Position numbers and translations under genes: made by a program
NCBI GenBank assembly: GCA_973895155.1
Contig: OZ316893.1
Coordinates: 25,657,520-25,721,519, forward strand
From: Marsupella aquatica
Taxonomy: Eukaryota > Plantae > Marchantiophyta
Direction: 5' to 3'
DNA: 64,000 nt
The notes under the pieces: generated by a model
Told to the model about the DNA's origin: nothing
Database searches by the model: none
What the model saw: the letters and a program-made list of their open reading frames with translations, nothing else
Shown here: positions 26,105-40,513 of the stretch, one piece after another
How the letters are laid out: each line of letters starts with the position of its first letter
Position numbering within the stretch: position 1 is the first letter of the stretch

Positions 26105-27520
26105 ATACCTGCTTTCCTTCACCACGAACCCTTCGACAGAAGTGACCGTGTCGAATACCCTACCTGCGAAATTTCTAAACCTAATTAGCTGACATGTTAC
26201 CGACTGGCACAAACCATGTGCAGTATGGATGCTATAATCAATATCAGCAGTCAGTATCTAGAACCTCCATCTCATTCTGGGACCATAAATCAGCGATGCG
26301 GATCAGCAGCATCAGCAAATCGAAAAAATCCTTCGAAATATGATTAGGAGAAAGAATTGCTTCCGCAGGAAACCTTCCGCAAAAGACCGATTCAAACTTG
26401 TAGCAAGAATATGCAGAGCAAAGCCTCAATCAAAATGATCAAATTTTCCGGGAAAGAAAGAGGAGTAGGCGTTTGATTTCTGGAAGGAGAGAGATTAGAC
26501 CTGTTCCAGCTAAATTTCTCCCGGAAAAGTACTTATGATTAATCCGGCGTAAATAGTCTCTCCCGTAGATCCTGTACTTGGCAGTATATTCAGCGGTCTC
26601 AAGGGCAGCATCCCTGAACAAAACACGGTGAAGCGACAAACGTGAGGATTTCAATATGATATTAAGGCCAGTCGCGTGAAGCATCTACCATAATACAAGC
26701 CATATTCATGAAGCCGTCGATCATGGATCCCCTGAGGATTGATCATGGGTGGCTAGTAAAGTTACCATGTATCACTCAAACGTGGCCGTTCCTCCATAAT
26801 TCGATGACGACGCGGAATCTATGACCTGATATCACCGTATCCGCCTTTCGTCGATGTATTTGCTTCAGCATCAAACACCAGAAAAACTAGTTTTCCTTCT
26901 CTAGGAACAACTGCAAAGAAACCACCTTATAACACGTAAGTTTTCCAGCTGATTTCCATCCATCAACCTGCCAAACATGCAACGAACATTACTCTTGCCA
27001 AATAACGTACGTATTGAGATTGCCAAAAATTGTGGATTATTCTGAATGATGGACTTCGACATGATCAAGAACGAGAGAGATAAGAAGATACCAAGCCAAC
27101 GACTTGTCGTGTTCGAGAGATAAGAAGATATCAAGCCAACGACGTGTCGTGTCTTCGCGTTATGAATTCTAACGTAGCGATCAAGTCCTGTAACAGCCAA
27201 TACTTGTTGCACCGTACCTTCAGCAGAGGCAAAAGCGGATGCAACTGTGAGCACTAAATTTTATTCCCGATGATAAGTACAAAACCGTCCCAGAGACAGC
27301 TGAGAACTGACATGGAAAGAGGATACCTAACGTGAGCCAGAGAAACTTGAAAAATGAAACAAACACGAGGTTTATTTGTTCCCTATCAGAGGGCCAAAAA
27401 TAACAGAGGGCAGAGGCTAATACCGCAAGGTGCAGTCATAGGCAGAACAGGATGTCGATCAAAGCTGATCTTACGCTCCCACCACACTTTCCTTTAAGCC
27501 CGGCGAGTGGCTTTCCTGCA
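26105..27520 (-). pseudogene. WDR74: WDR74/NSA1 C-terminal fragment with frameshift
   Basis: Exon GKPLAGLKGKCGGSVRS shifts frame into RHPVLPMTAPC; the next exon GLDRYVRIHNAKTR is followed by a ~42-bp tandem duplication; no N-terminal WD repeats found upstream. Confidence 0.7.
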
Positions 27521-28819
27521 TGATAACCACTAAATTCCATTCGATATTGAATGATATCCCTGCGTCAGGAAAAGCCCAACACAGAACCTAATCGGTTTTC
27601 TTCGACTTGCATCTCTACAGTTTAAATCAGACCTCTACAAATTCCATAATTATGCTTTAACAACACCAATCGCGTCAATCGACTGTAGCCCACAATGTCG
27701 TTCGCAATCATGTCAGATCCTCTGCTGTGGGAGCAGTAGATCATCATTTAGGACCCACAAGAACAAGTAGATTACACAAAGCTGACCAATTTTGAAGGCG
27801 CTTCAAGCCTGATGACAGGCATGAGAACGGATGAAGTAGGAAAGAACCAGAGAATTTACTGCCAGTGTCCCAGACTAAAGGGAGAAATCAAGGCAGGGGA
27901 TCCAAAGTAACATTGAGCTATGGTAGACGACGGACATCCTTTTTTTCTTTTGTCAATGCATGATCAGATCAATTTTACTTTTTGCAAAATGAATGTTGTG
28001 AAGCACATACGTGGAGAGAATTCGTTGGGAGCCGGAGGAGGAGACGAGAGCCAGAGAGCATACTATTTGGAGAGCGGGAGGAAGCACTTCCGAGCAGCAG
28101 TGCGGATGTGGAGAAGGACGAGACGTTGGTAGAGTCGAAACAGTCGAAGCAGCAGAGCAGAAAAAGAGCAGAGCGTTCGACAGAGCGAAGAGACGAACAC
28201 AGCAGAGTATTTTTTACGTGCGAGTTTTCGCCAAATTCCAACTTCCCAAAAACCACTTTATTCGTTCTAAGTATCTCATTTGCCACTTTTTGGTTGATTC
28301 GTTGTATGTCATTTGCCACTTTCTCACCAAATCACGGACCTCATTATCACGGACCTCATTACCTAGAATCTCACGATCTTTAGTAAATCTAGGTATATCT
28401 GACTGTTTAGGATATAATCCTGGAAGGTGTATGCCATTAGCCACTTTCCCACCAAATCATGGGCCCCATTTCCATAAATCTAGGGATATTTGACTGTCAG
28501 GATATAGTCTGGAAAAATTGTTAAATAATATTCCTAGCATCTCCTCCTTTCCCACCAAATCATGGACCCCATTAGCCAGAATCTAATGACTGGCACTATA
28601 TAATAGTGTAAAAAACTGTTAAGTAATCTTCCTAGCATCTCCTCCCTTAGAGAGCTGTTGACATTCACCACATTATCTAAAACCAAAGAACCTTAAAAAA
28701 TATGCTGGAACACAGTCCAGGCCGACTCTAGAGCCAAAACTTCACCAATTTACAGTTTGAGGAAAAGAACCTGAGATTTTGTAAGTTGCCACTCTTTAGA
28801 TACTTGGTGACTCCTTTTC

Positions 28820-29359
28820 GGGCTAGGTTCCATGGGCCAGGGGCAGGGAGTACGATCACTACCTCTGACACCCCTTGGGACCCAAATATGCCATAAGCCA
28901 AGGTGTACATGTTATTTTTAATATATGAGTTTTGACTTTAGAGCCAACTAGAATGCCCTCCATTATTACTATGCAGGGGCAGGGGAGGTATTTGCTTGAT
29001 CAACCCCCAAAATGAAACTTGTTGCTTGATCAACCCCCAAAATGAAACTTGTTACTTGATCGACACCCTGAGGTCTATGAACGGCCCAGATCTGAGATTG
29101 AAAGGTCCATCAACGGTCCAGATTGGGGAAAAGTATTGAGGGGGTTGATTAAGCAAACTTCTTCCAGAAGGGGGTCTACTAAGCATATCCCTCCAGGGGC
29201 AGGGGGATACCCCTGGAGTTTAACAGGGAGTGTGAAGGAAAACCATACTCCCTACTATAGCATTTGTACACCCCTCAGTCCCAGGAAAAGGTGTAATCTT
29301 ATTGGCATAAACACCCATGTGTAATCCCCACTAGCTCCCAGCCCCATGGAACCTAGCCC
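28820..29359. mobile_element. Tourist-like MITE (family of 18653-18973) carrying a nested insertion
   Basis: gggctaggttccatggg / cccatggaacctagccc; colinear with the 18653 copy. Confidence 0.88.
28984..29194. mobile_element. Mutator-like MITE nested in the Tourist element
   Basis: TIR ggaggtatttgctt / aagcatatccctcc; 9-bp duplication aggggcagg at 28975-28983 and 29195-29203; absent from the 18653 copy. Confidence 0.88.
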
Positions 29360-29649
29360 TTAGTCTCATAAGTTTGCATCCATAAGTCAAACAAAGTAAC
29401 TTAGGTCTGGTTAGTTTGATATGATCCAAGAGAGAGAGGGAGTAAGCCAGCCTATAGAAGTTAACTCAGTCTTGGGAATAGCTATGGTTCGTATGTTAAC
29501 TAGAGTTTTCTCTGACCCTAGCTGATAGAGATTCTTCCTTATCTTCTTCTTCTTCTCAATGGTTTGAAATAACACTTGAGAGTGCTCAAGAGAGAATAAA
29601 TAATTTTTTTTCTTCACCATAAGATGGACGTAAAGGTGCGACTCGTCAC

Positions 29650-30165
29650 CACTTTCACTCCCAACATGTCACTCTACTCACAACTTGCACACTTCTTGAA
29701 ATCCAGTTGTCATACAGACTTGCCAAAGTGTCTGATCACCTGACCATCTCACTTATGTTTGTTCACTCCCAACATGTCACTCTACTCACAACTTGAACAC
29801 TATGTGAAATCCAGTTGTCATTCCAAAGTGTCCTATCACCTGACCATCTCACTTATGTTCCATAACATTTGCGCTCAACATCAAGTCACCTGACCATCTC
29901 ACTTATGTTTGACAACATTTGGGGCTCAACATCACTTACTAAGGACAATATTAAGGCAGGCATTGGGCGAGTGGAGAAACATGGATACTTTTGGGATGAT
30001 AAATAAGAAGCTGGGGTTGTCTTTTCACAGCCTGGTCTCTTAAACCCTAAGCCATTTGGGCTCAACACCACTTCCTAAGGACGATATTAAGGCAGGCATT
30101 CGGCTAGTGGAAAAATATGGATATCTTTGGGATGATAAATAAGAAGCTGGGGCAGTGTAAACCCT
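29650..30165. repeat. Cluster of local tandem duplications (~50-130 bp)
   Basis: Repeated ttcactcccaacatgtcactctactcacaac, tcacctgaccatctcacttatgtt and atattaaggcaggcatt...aagaagctgggg. Confidence 0.8.
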
Positions 30166-30331
30166 AAGCCCTTGTCGTGACCATTATCCAAAATCCTGGA
30201 TAGCTCGATCTAAAGGAGGTCGGCAAAAAGAGGGATCTACTGTGAAACTCCATGATCTAAAATCGGAGAGAAGGCGTAAAGAAAGCTGGGCTGGAACAGG
30301 AAAGCAGGGGAGAACAGAGAATTGCAGGGAG

Positions 30332-31598
30332 ATGAATAATCGGTCGGATAAGAGGACTGCGAGATTGCTGACCATCGTTGCTTTGGGCACTCTTGGAGGT
30401 ACGATGCGGAACTTGATTGCTGTCTTTCTTCGTATCGTTTACTGGCTATTGTTAAATCTTATCGTTATCTCAATATGTTGTTGAGCTCTTTCACGTCGAT
30501 AGAACGTTTGATCTAGAGAGACTGCTAGTCATAATATTTCGGGCAAACATCCCTTCACTAAAGAATGAATACAAAATCTCACTGGCCACAATTACAGTGA
30601 GACGGAGGGAGGCATCACTAATCTGCTGCTGACCTTATTCTAGAGACCGTATTCTAGACAGTCGCAGCAGCGGACTCATAGTTCACGATTAGGTTAAGGA
30701 GCGCAGAAAGACATATCTACTGTACTAAGGCTTCCAGCGCTAGTCTGATCCTTGGTTTAAAAAGTGAACAAACACATTAGCATGACCGGAATGAATGAAT
30801 AGGGAGTGTAGATTCAATAGGGCCAAGGGTTCAACAATGTACGAAGAATATCAGAGTCCAAGATTGCAATGCTGGCCAGGAGCTCAGCAAATGTGAGATT
30901 CAGAAGACGATCAGAATCCCTGATTCAAATTGGGAATGAGAGAAAGTAATGCCATGACTTTTTTATTCGACTCAAGAACGGCAGAATATGGAGGATGTAA
31001 GTGATTATCAGCTCTCAATTGGCGTCGGCGGAAAGCTTGGCCAAAAAAAGTAGAGAAACAACAACTCAGAGATCTGACTTGTCCAGAGAGATATCCTACA
31101 GATCAGATGATGAAGGAAAAAAATTCAGTCTTCTCTGTCAAACAAAGAAAAAAAGAGAGCAGAAGTGCTTATCTGCTTCTCTTCAAATTCATTAAGAAGG
31201 GAAAAGCTCTATCTCGTTTGTCTTTCCTTCTCATCCCCGTGTGTCGCTCGTTAAGCAATTGAACCAAGAGGGTCGAAGATTTTGCAGAGACAGAGCCCTG
31301 TTTCAGCTTTTTGCGTTGGTTTGCATTCTGACAATCTAGTCCACAGTCATTTGTAACGTTTTTTCACATCGTTCGGTCCCCGGTTGTCTTAATTACGGAC
31401 TGTTTGACAATATTTGCACGTTTACGTGGGTTTTCACCTAACTGAATACTCACTTGTAGCCCAACACTGAACCGACAAGTTGTGGGTTTGTTTCCAGCAA
31501 TCCTGGGCGCGTCAATGGATAAGAAGGCTCGGCAACTATACGAAGCCCAAAATCTGCCAGAGGATGAGAAATTGAAGCAACTGGATCAGAAGGCATAG
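30332..31598 (+). CDS. Candidate 55-aa single-pass membrane microprotein; exons 30332-30398 and 31498-31598
   Basis: Donor gag|gtacg and acceptor ttccag|c join in phase 1 to give MNNRSDKRTARLLTIVALGTLGAILGASMDKKARQLYEAQNLPEDEKLKQLDQKA*. Confidence 0.55.
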
Positions 31599-32296
31599 GT
31601 GCACAAGATTTATACATCTACCAGGAATGCGGCAGGCGAATCCCCCCCAAAACTAGTCAATAGTTTAAAAGCTATCACTGATGGATAGTGTAGATTCAAT
31701 TCTGACTAAGGAGCTAGATTTGTAGGACCTGCACCTTCATCAACATTCCTACTAGCTCGTTTTAGACAACCTTTAAGTAAGCACCTTACAACCCAATTGT
31801 ACGGTGGGAGTACTATTATGCCTGCTGTAAAGGACTTAGGACACGTGCAGTCCGGCCCTCTTCCACTGTTAAATTCTAGTATCATCCCGAATGTGCATGA
31901 AGCAGCTGAGAAGCATTTCAGTATGCAACGAGCCTAATACTGACAAGTGACAGGGTGCATCTGTGTGATGTAAAGTGAAAAACTGGGGTCGCCCGAATGG
32001 ATTGTAATCACTTAATCACTTCCTGCTAGTGCATGATGTATCTCACAATCTGAGTAGGTTAATACAAGTGGTGGATAATGATTGGAAAGCAATCCCATAC
32101 ATGTTTTCTGCAGATTGCCTTCACTAGGAAGATCCACTGAGCAGCGAGAAAGGAAAAAGCATGATTTCCTGAAGGAGGAGAGTCATGGACTCTCAGACCG
32201 AGTATGCTGCAAATTACTAAATCAAGTTCCCTTGACAGGTTTTGTTAATCAAACCATGGTGATGTAAGAAAAGAGTTTGCAAGATGGTCATGTGCA

Positions 32297-35200
32297 CTAT
32301 TTGCTTGATTGGTTGGCTGAGGGGTAAATATCACTTTCTGGTACGCTGAATGCATCACTGTTGTCCAGATAATTAGAATTTGCTTCTGTTGGGAAATCAC
32401 CATTCCACTTGACAGTACCCTCACCTGGGCTGTAACTGCCTTGCTCTGACTGCACTCTTGAACCCTCGCCAGAGTCCTCATCCCTATGACCTTCGACTTG
32501 TTGAGTCTCTGTCCAGTAAGGTGGTTCGTCCGATGCCATCTGCATGGAATTAAAAAGCTCTTGAGTATGCTTGGCTGATGAAGTTCGTTTGATTGGATTG
32601 CTGAAACTTTCGTCTGAAGAAGCTCCCTCTCCTAGAATGCCAGTTCTCTTGGGAGAATCACTGGGTTCAGAAGCTGAAATCCGACTGGTAGATGATGATT
32701 TGCTTTGTTTATAGTGAGCCTCCTGCCCGATTACATGTTGATTGGTAGAAGTATCTTCCCCCTGCTGCTTCTCAGTCAATCTCTGAAGGTCCTCTGATTC
32801 GAGTAATTGCGTGGACGCTGACTTTCTCAATTCTCCATTGCCTGGAGGAGCTTCGGATGCGTGCAATTCTGCATTTGTCTGTTGCTGGTTCTCTGAAGAC
32901 TTTGCCTCCTCATCGATTCCCAAGTCTATGCGCATTTTAGCTGTCAACCACTGCCTCAAGTCACCTAGCAAACTTTCCGCTTGATAGGCTGGCCTGGATG
33001 GTTCGCTTGTACATGATCCTCTGTTAACTCTTTCTCGTGAACGAACTTGATTTGAAAGAGGGGTTCCCAGTTCGTTGTGAGTTGGGACCTCCTCTTCACC
33101 AATCTCCTCATCATTGGCATTGTGTTGTATGGGTGTGTGTTGCTGATTGTCCAGAGTACATTGCCTGACCTCGTCTTGATTGTTTCGACAGCTCAGTTTG
33201 TATAGGGCCTCATCTCCATGTAGTCTTTTCGTTTCAGGTTCGGTCCTTTTGGTTCGTAGCAGCTCACTTCTGTCGAAAGCTTCAGATTCTCCAGAAACAG
33301 GTATATAACAATCAGAATCTCTGCTGCTTGTCCTTGAATTCATTTTAGATGTGTAAACCTGGTTTACTTCTTCACAAACTTCTCGACACTCGGGGTGTGC
33401 TGAACTCGAAAGCTTTTGTTGACCACTTGGACATGCTTCGTAGTCTCTACACCTACCACCGTGTATTGTCTTCTGGGATTGAATCTCAATAATGTCAATG
33501 TTGGTCTGTACTCTCTCTTCAATTAGATTATCTGACGCCGATGAGTGCTTTACTGTTTTCCGGTTTACCAGGATCTCTAGTTCTGAATTACTGCTTTTCG
33601 TGGAATGAGTTTCCAAGACGCAGTAATTTTTTCTGCTTTGGCTTGTCTCCTGAAAATCACCAGAGGTGCTTCTCTTGGCTTCAGGGCCCGTACCTTGAGC
33701 TGATGGACGTGACTTGATTTGTGCTAACACTTTTGAAGCCTCTGGGTCAACAATGCTTTGGTGACAACTGCTCTTTGCATGTTCGTCTTGATGTGACCTG
33801 CCAGTTTTGCTGCTTATCTGCTTCCCAGATATTTGCCCTCTATTGATACCTGGAGTGCACGGCGAGGATTCTGAAGTGGCGTCTACTTTTGTCGTGCCTC
33901 GGTGAAATGGAAAGTGTTTCTTTCCTAGCCCATCAACCACAGCCAAGTCATCTAGTTGACATGGTAAATTTGATCGATTCCTGTCAAATATTCCAGTGTG
34001 CTTTCGAGTGCAGATCAAATTGGTTCCTGAGTTATTGTGAGAGCCGTCGAGTCCATCTTGATGGCAGCTCAAAGCAGAACAAGCTTGGTCAATTCTTGTG
34101 GATGAAGGTCTATCCACAGGACTAGGGTCTCTTATTTTACACTGTATTTTAGAGGTACAGGGTACTGTATTATTCGAGGATAGCTGTCCACTGATCTGGT
34201 TGTGGCAAAAATGCTCGATGTGATCCTGTGAAAATTAAAGCAGAATGAATGAGAATGACTCTCAATAATCATCAGCTGAATTATAAGTATTCAAATCTGT
34301 ATGTCCAAAAACTGTTATTATAGAAAGCCTGATTCAACTCTGATCAAAGTTGGTGCTTCATGTCAACATACCTCTTCACAATACTTTGCTGTTCCTACAT
34401 CCTTCATTGCAGGGACAGTTCCGCAGCAGGCTGTCAAATGGGCCTCGTTCGCAAGGACATGTCCAGGCTCCAAAGAAGTTACTGTAACTTGATGTCGGAA
34501 CCGATCTTGGCTGTTGTATACAGAAAACGATATCTCAATAGACAATTCCCGGCAGTTGCTCATAGGGTATTGTAAGACTCCATCAGGATTTCCGTTCCAA
34601 TTGTGCTTTGAAAAAGTCTTTGGCTCTTCATACTAGGGGCTTTGATTTCCCTACTACGACAGGTAGTTTTTAGAGCCATATAGCAGACACAGGTGTGTGC
34701 CAGTCAAAACTAGTGGTATTGTGGTGAACCATTTGAGCTGGAATGGGGTACGTGCTTGAATATTTGGATAGCCTGAAATTTGTTAGAACTGACACATCAT
34801 TTTGCGTTCACCGTGGAACTATTGAATTTGGTTAAGAAAATAGACTACCTTGAGAGTGAAAAAGCAGATGCTATTTGAGATCGGAGCGAATAATGGTGGA
34901 GACGCTCCAGTTCCAATGCTGTTGGTCAACAAGGATTCATTAGCATTTGAACACACAGTGAAATGAACGGAAGGGAAGGTGTTCCAGTGCTTTTCAGACA
35001 CATCATGCAACTTTTGTGCTAGTAGGTGACCCATATTGTATGCTCCAGCTTTCTACATTAATGTTAAAAATGCTGATACTCACCACCCGTGAGCAGTTTC
35101 TCCTAATCCGCTTTTGACAAGAAAAAGCACGAAATGTTTCCTACGTTATTATATGAACAACTCATTGCAAGAAAAATGGAATATTGCTGAGATTTTGCAC

Positions 35201-38200
35201 AAACTGATGGAATCACCATGTTGAGTTTTTTTTAGTAGAGAAACTGTCTCTAGCAGCTCACTGTCACTTGACTTCAGCTGCAACTGAATAGCTCTCCGGG
35301 CTTGGTCAGCCATTTCTTTCCCACCTTCCTGTTGATTGACATCATATGAATCTATGCAGTGTCCAGTGCCTGATTACTTTAGATGCTTGCCTCAACACAG
35401 CTAGTAGGACCGAGACTATTGCCAAATCGAGAAGGGTTATCCCCAGACGTCTCCTTAAGAAGCTGAACATATTGTATGGAAAAGGTAGGTTGGTTGGCAA
35501 CTCATACAGCCTCTTGAACAGCTCGCTCAAGCTGTTTGACAGTCTCCTCAAGTTTCTTTTGATCTCTAGTCCATCTTCGATTCTGTTGCTCGCAGATTTT
35601 GCACCCCATGCCCTACAGATGACGTCTTTCAGCACAGACCATATTGATTTTGGGCGTTGTCAATTCTACTAATGCTGAATGTGTACGTGGATTTTTCCAG
35701 CAAACGAAAGTGGAAATGAACAACCGGGAGACATCTCTAGAATGGTTTGCGATCCTAATTTGTAATTTTCTCTGTTCGTCGTGAGAGCAATCTCATGATC
35801 AAGTAACATTTTTGTCTCGAACAGAAAATAGATGGCTTGCATTATTTAGCAATTGCCTACAAAAAACAAAATTGACACTTGCTTATGAGGAATCAGTAGA
35901 ACCACAAGATTAGTCTCTGATATGCCTTAACTCACAAAACTGACAAAATTTGCCAAAGCAATGATCTGTGAAGTCTTTGCTAATACCACTACAAGTTTTC
36001 AGAATTGGCGACTTGACATTTCAAGAACTGACCAACAACGTTTTCTCCGGTAGGTTTTGGAACTTGATTGAATTTATGAAGGAATGCATCAGCTCATCTT
36101 ACCAGGATCCTCTCTTCCCAGAGATCATTTGTATTCTCGCTTCTGAAACGTGTTCCAGTCATTGTCAGAATTAGCGCAAAAAGCTCCTAACGGCTCACCA
36201 CCAGGAAAATAGTGGTGCACTTACGTGCTACGGATGAGAAGCAGTCCTACTCGGTGATGACGGGAACTTGTATTTGAATTATAGGTTGGATACATTCAGA
36301 TTCGCATGTTGAGCTGTTCTGCTTTGCATAAATGGTGCGTATGCACAAGAAATGTAGTTCAGCAATGTCATATTGTTTGATTTCCAGTATTCAGATTATA
36401 CCTGTCGTTGTGGAGGGGGTCTCTTGGATCCAGGATCGATGACTTTGCAGTAGATTCCACATTCGGTGTGTTTTGGAAATGGAACTGCTACAGAAGTTAG
36501 TGCACGCACCAGTCAAATTTATACAATTCGAGCAATCCTGAAAGAAGAGAGTAGTGGGTAAAAGCCCTTACATCTTCAGCCTTCTTGTGTGAGAGCTTCC
36601 TCTGTTCTTCTTCTGAGGCAAGTCGTTCAAGTAAGGAACTCACAAGCTCCATCCGTCTTTTTTCATCTGAGGCAAGCCGAACATTCAACGAATGAACTAG
36701 ATCTCTATCTCTATTCACAGCCGCAAGCTCACTGCCCAACCTGGCTTTGTCTTCCCTGTAGGCCGCCCTTTCAGCTGCAGTCACCAAACTCATAATATTA
36801 AGGTGCAGAATCTGTTGAGGCTCGACATCAGCTTCTTCCTTCCGTTTTCATCGATGATATCACTTCTAAACGTCGGAAGATGAAATACACAACCATCCCT
36901 AAGAAAGATTTCTTGGTTGGCTCAAGTAGTCTTCTGATTGGGATTCACTATACAACTACGAATCCAAATGAGACAGACCTTCGAGAAAATTTCTCTCAGT
37001 TTGCAGTTGCTCCTGACAGCTCCTGTACTTTTCTTCCATATCCTTTATTTTCCTGACCACCCCATTTGGTTTCATTAAACCAATGTAGTGTTGGGGACCA
37101 GCCTGCTCAGAATCAGCAGCTTCATGCTAATGACTCAATTTAGATAGCTTCCCAAACTTATGAAATTGGTTCTACAGCTCATTGATACTACAAACCAAGA
37201 ATCATACAGAATAAATGGAGTGTTCGAGCTTAAGTTTGTCTGCGTTCGGAGATTTCACCCAACACTATCATCTTACATACATAATGCTCTTTCCCCCAGT
37301 TTGTTTACTATCAATTTCTGACGTCGAGCACCTGCATTTAACTTGACAGTCAAATCTCTTGTTCACAATCACTATCAGGAGAAACCACCAAGCGATATAG
37401 CAGTGGACGGATTTCAAAACAAGCAAGTCCATGCCGGGAGGCCTCATTTTCAAGGACATACATTTGAGCATCACTCCCAGCCTTTTCATGGATTATTGCT
37501 TCCCTCTGAGCAATATCAGCCTCTTTCATTCTCAGCATCTTGTCCCTTTCTTCCAGGGCGTCTTGGATTTTTTTCTAAGACAAGAATTAAATTAACTCAG
37601 GTCATGGTGTGCATGATGTGGTCTGAAAATCATTGTAGTGTATCAGAGGTATGGTGGCATCCTTTGTAATTTTTTCTTTTCTTTCATATCTATGATGTGG
37701 TTCACCTTGATCCAAGTATAGCTGACGATTATCGTCTGAGACTTGTGTAATTTAATGAAAGTAATGGATCCGGAGGTATGCTAGAATTGATGTTATCAGA
37801 CACCTGTTGATCCTCTTTATTCGTCACTTTATCCTCTCGGTCCCTAAGGTCTGTTATGCTCGCCAACAGCTTTTGTCGTTCCTCATATGCCGAAGTCTCA
37901 ATCACCTGCAGCAGAGAATGTTCAATGGATTGAATTCTCTTCTTATTTTCCAGTGCACAAACTTTTCCCACTGAAAATGAGCATTATCCTCGAGTGGTAG
38001 CTATACAAGGTTTATAAGATGCATGGAAGAGACTTTACGAAAGCCTATTGAGCCACAGTTTCAATCCTCGGTAGGCCAGTTCATCCCATTGAAGTGGGAC
38101 AACCTTTTCCTTCGCAACCAGCTGTTCCATGAGGGATTCTTCACGCTCACGGATCCTTTCTAGTCTTGTCTTATGGATCTGCTCCAACTCCTCACGTTCC

Positions 38201-40513
38201 CTTGCTAGCTGTCTGCGTTGTCCAGACAGTACACTTCAAGTAGACTATTGTAAATTGAAATGTCTAAAGTTTGAATCTCCATATCTCCAAGTCGGCTTGC
38301 CAGGTGTTTGAACTTGTATCATGCATGGCGTTGGACGATAAGAAGATCCCAAGAAGAAACTTTCAACAACTAGAGTGTAGTGCTATTTAGGAAGACTAAT
38401 CAGATTAGTCTCTTCGGAACTGAGAACATACGTACCTTCTATAACGGCCTTCTTCTTCAAGCCGAACAGCACATATTTCATGCTCTCGAATGCGACTGAC
38501 CTACATAGCAAGCATTTGACAAGCATGACATTCCCTCAAGGAGCACTTTTCGTACTGCTCATTTCATTTACTTTAGACTTGAGTCTTGAGCTTTGCCTAT
38601 GCTAGCTATTTCAATCTTCACTACTCCTGCAAAGACTTGGAATTTGGGGAATTTCAGCATCTTCCTTAGAATTTGAAGTTATATCAGTGGTGCTGGAACG
38701 AGTTCCTACATATTCACCTGCAAAGTCAGGATACAGTGTATAGGATGATCCTAGTTATATTCATTCAATATTTGGATACCCTGAAGAGGTCATTCCAACC
38801 ACGACTTAACTTTGTCATCACAAAATGTCTGTTAAAACTGAACCTGGAGAGCCACTTCAGCATCTACACGAGCTTCAAACTCCTGGCGGAAGGTATTTAG
38901 TCGTTCCTCAAGTGTGCGGAAAGTCATTCGACTCTCTGCAGCCTTGCTTTGAAAGCAATGGTCGTCTATTTCTCTCAGACAGCCATCTGCATGGATAAGT
39001 TTCAAGCAGGCATGAAAACAGTCTTAAATCTAGTGAAACAAGTCATGAGTGGTAAAATCTCCGATGAATTTGTTTTGCTTATTAGCCAACTCTATTTATT
39101 TGTTCATCAATCGCTTTGATGGATGGTTCCACCGCTGTCTAAGACGCTCCTGCTGGGCAATTCTCGAAGGCCGATAAGCTCTCTCTTTCATTTTTTATAT
39201 ATATTTTAATATGTCCCTTAAGAAGGATGTTAAATTTCTTCTGTTGGAGATTAAAGTGAGTTCTTACAAGACATCAACAAGAAGTTTAGCTTATAACTTT
39301 CGTCGAGAACGTGGAGTCGAGACATACCCAGATCTTGTGGACATTGATGGCTTGTCTGAGTTGAGAAATCCTGGGTGCCTGTGCGGAAAGGCACTTGCTG
39401 GAGGGCCATCACTAGCTGGTGTGCAAGACAACCTTTCTCGCGGGGTCCCTGGTTATTCCAATCCAAGAGTATTGAGAAGTGGTGCTGGGCATTTAATAGT
39501 TCTTTAACAGGTCTGAGTCAAGGGATTGCGATTAAAAGAAACTCAGGGACAGATCCCCAACAACTGTTACAAAAGAAACCTTAATAGTGATTCCATGAAT
39601 ATCCCGTTGGATAATTTGCAAATTTCAACAACTGGCTCCAAAAAACACAGACAAATGGATTTCAGCGGAGGAGCTAAGCAGACAGTGGAGGAGCATCTGG
39701 GTTTCCAAGAAAATCTCACAATTTTCAAATATTGCTGAAACGATGCATTTGAGTCTAAATGAAGCAGCTGGGACATTTCCTCAAAAGTAAATGCTGGCCA
39801 AGAAATTGACTGGCTCTCTGGTAAGAACACAGATTGTGTGAAGGAGAAGCCGTTAGCTCTAAGGTAGTCCAGGAACAAACTGGTGAGAATTCGCTCTGTG
39901 ATTGATGGTTTTCTGTTCCCCTTAAATTCCAGGAGCGTCCCATCGTGATCTCGTAGCTGATCCACCAATCGAGCACGCAATTGGCTCTGTCAAGTTCGCC
40001 ACAGACACTTCAGCCCATTACATTCCAGAAGTTTAATTTCAGTTATTATATGCTCGATTGCTTGACCCCTGAAAAGTCCCAGAGACCGAAACATGCACAT
40101 CAAGAACTGCGACTGTGTCCCAAGAATTGCCACCGGCATTTAAATCTGCAATTCGTGTCTACTTACAACAAGAGTGTAAACACAATATTGCCCTAAAATG
40201 CTGAATTCTTTGAGCTGATCGAACCAAGGTGCTAATGTCAATCTAACTCTTCCAGCTGTAGTGGAAGATATACTGATAGAAACCAGAACCATCACAGAGA
40301 GAGTTAAGACAAGGTTATCTTACAATATGCAATCGGTATATATGGCAAAACTTGCAGTTGATGAAACAAACATGGACGAAACCCAGAATCAGTGAAACAC
40401 AAAGAAGAGACGGAAAATTGGCTCACCTTGAGATTATCAAGTCTGCCCGTGCCCTTCAGTGAATTGAGTAAGTGGTTCCTCCAGTCTTGAACTGAAGGGT
40501 CTAGATCCCCCAT
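32297..40513 (-). CDS. OFD1: OFD1-like centriole/basal-body protein (LisH domain, coiled coils, long low-complexity last exon); multi-exon
   Basis: Exon 1 (40513-40427) LLNSLKGTGRLDNLK joins exon 2 SQLRARLVDQL...SLFLDYLRANGFSFTQSVFLPES (LisH); coiled-coil exons LEERLNTFRQE, VSRIREHEICAVRLEEE, IETSAYEERQKLL; last exon ~34226-32297. Not every exon boundary was verified. Confidence 0.85.
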
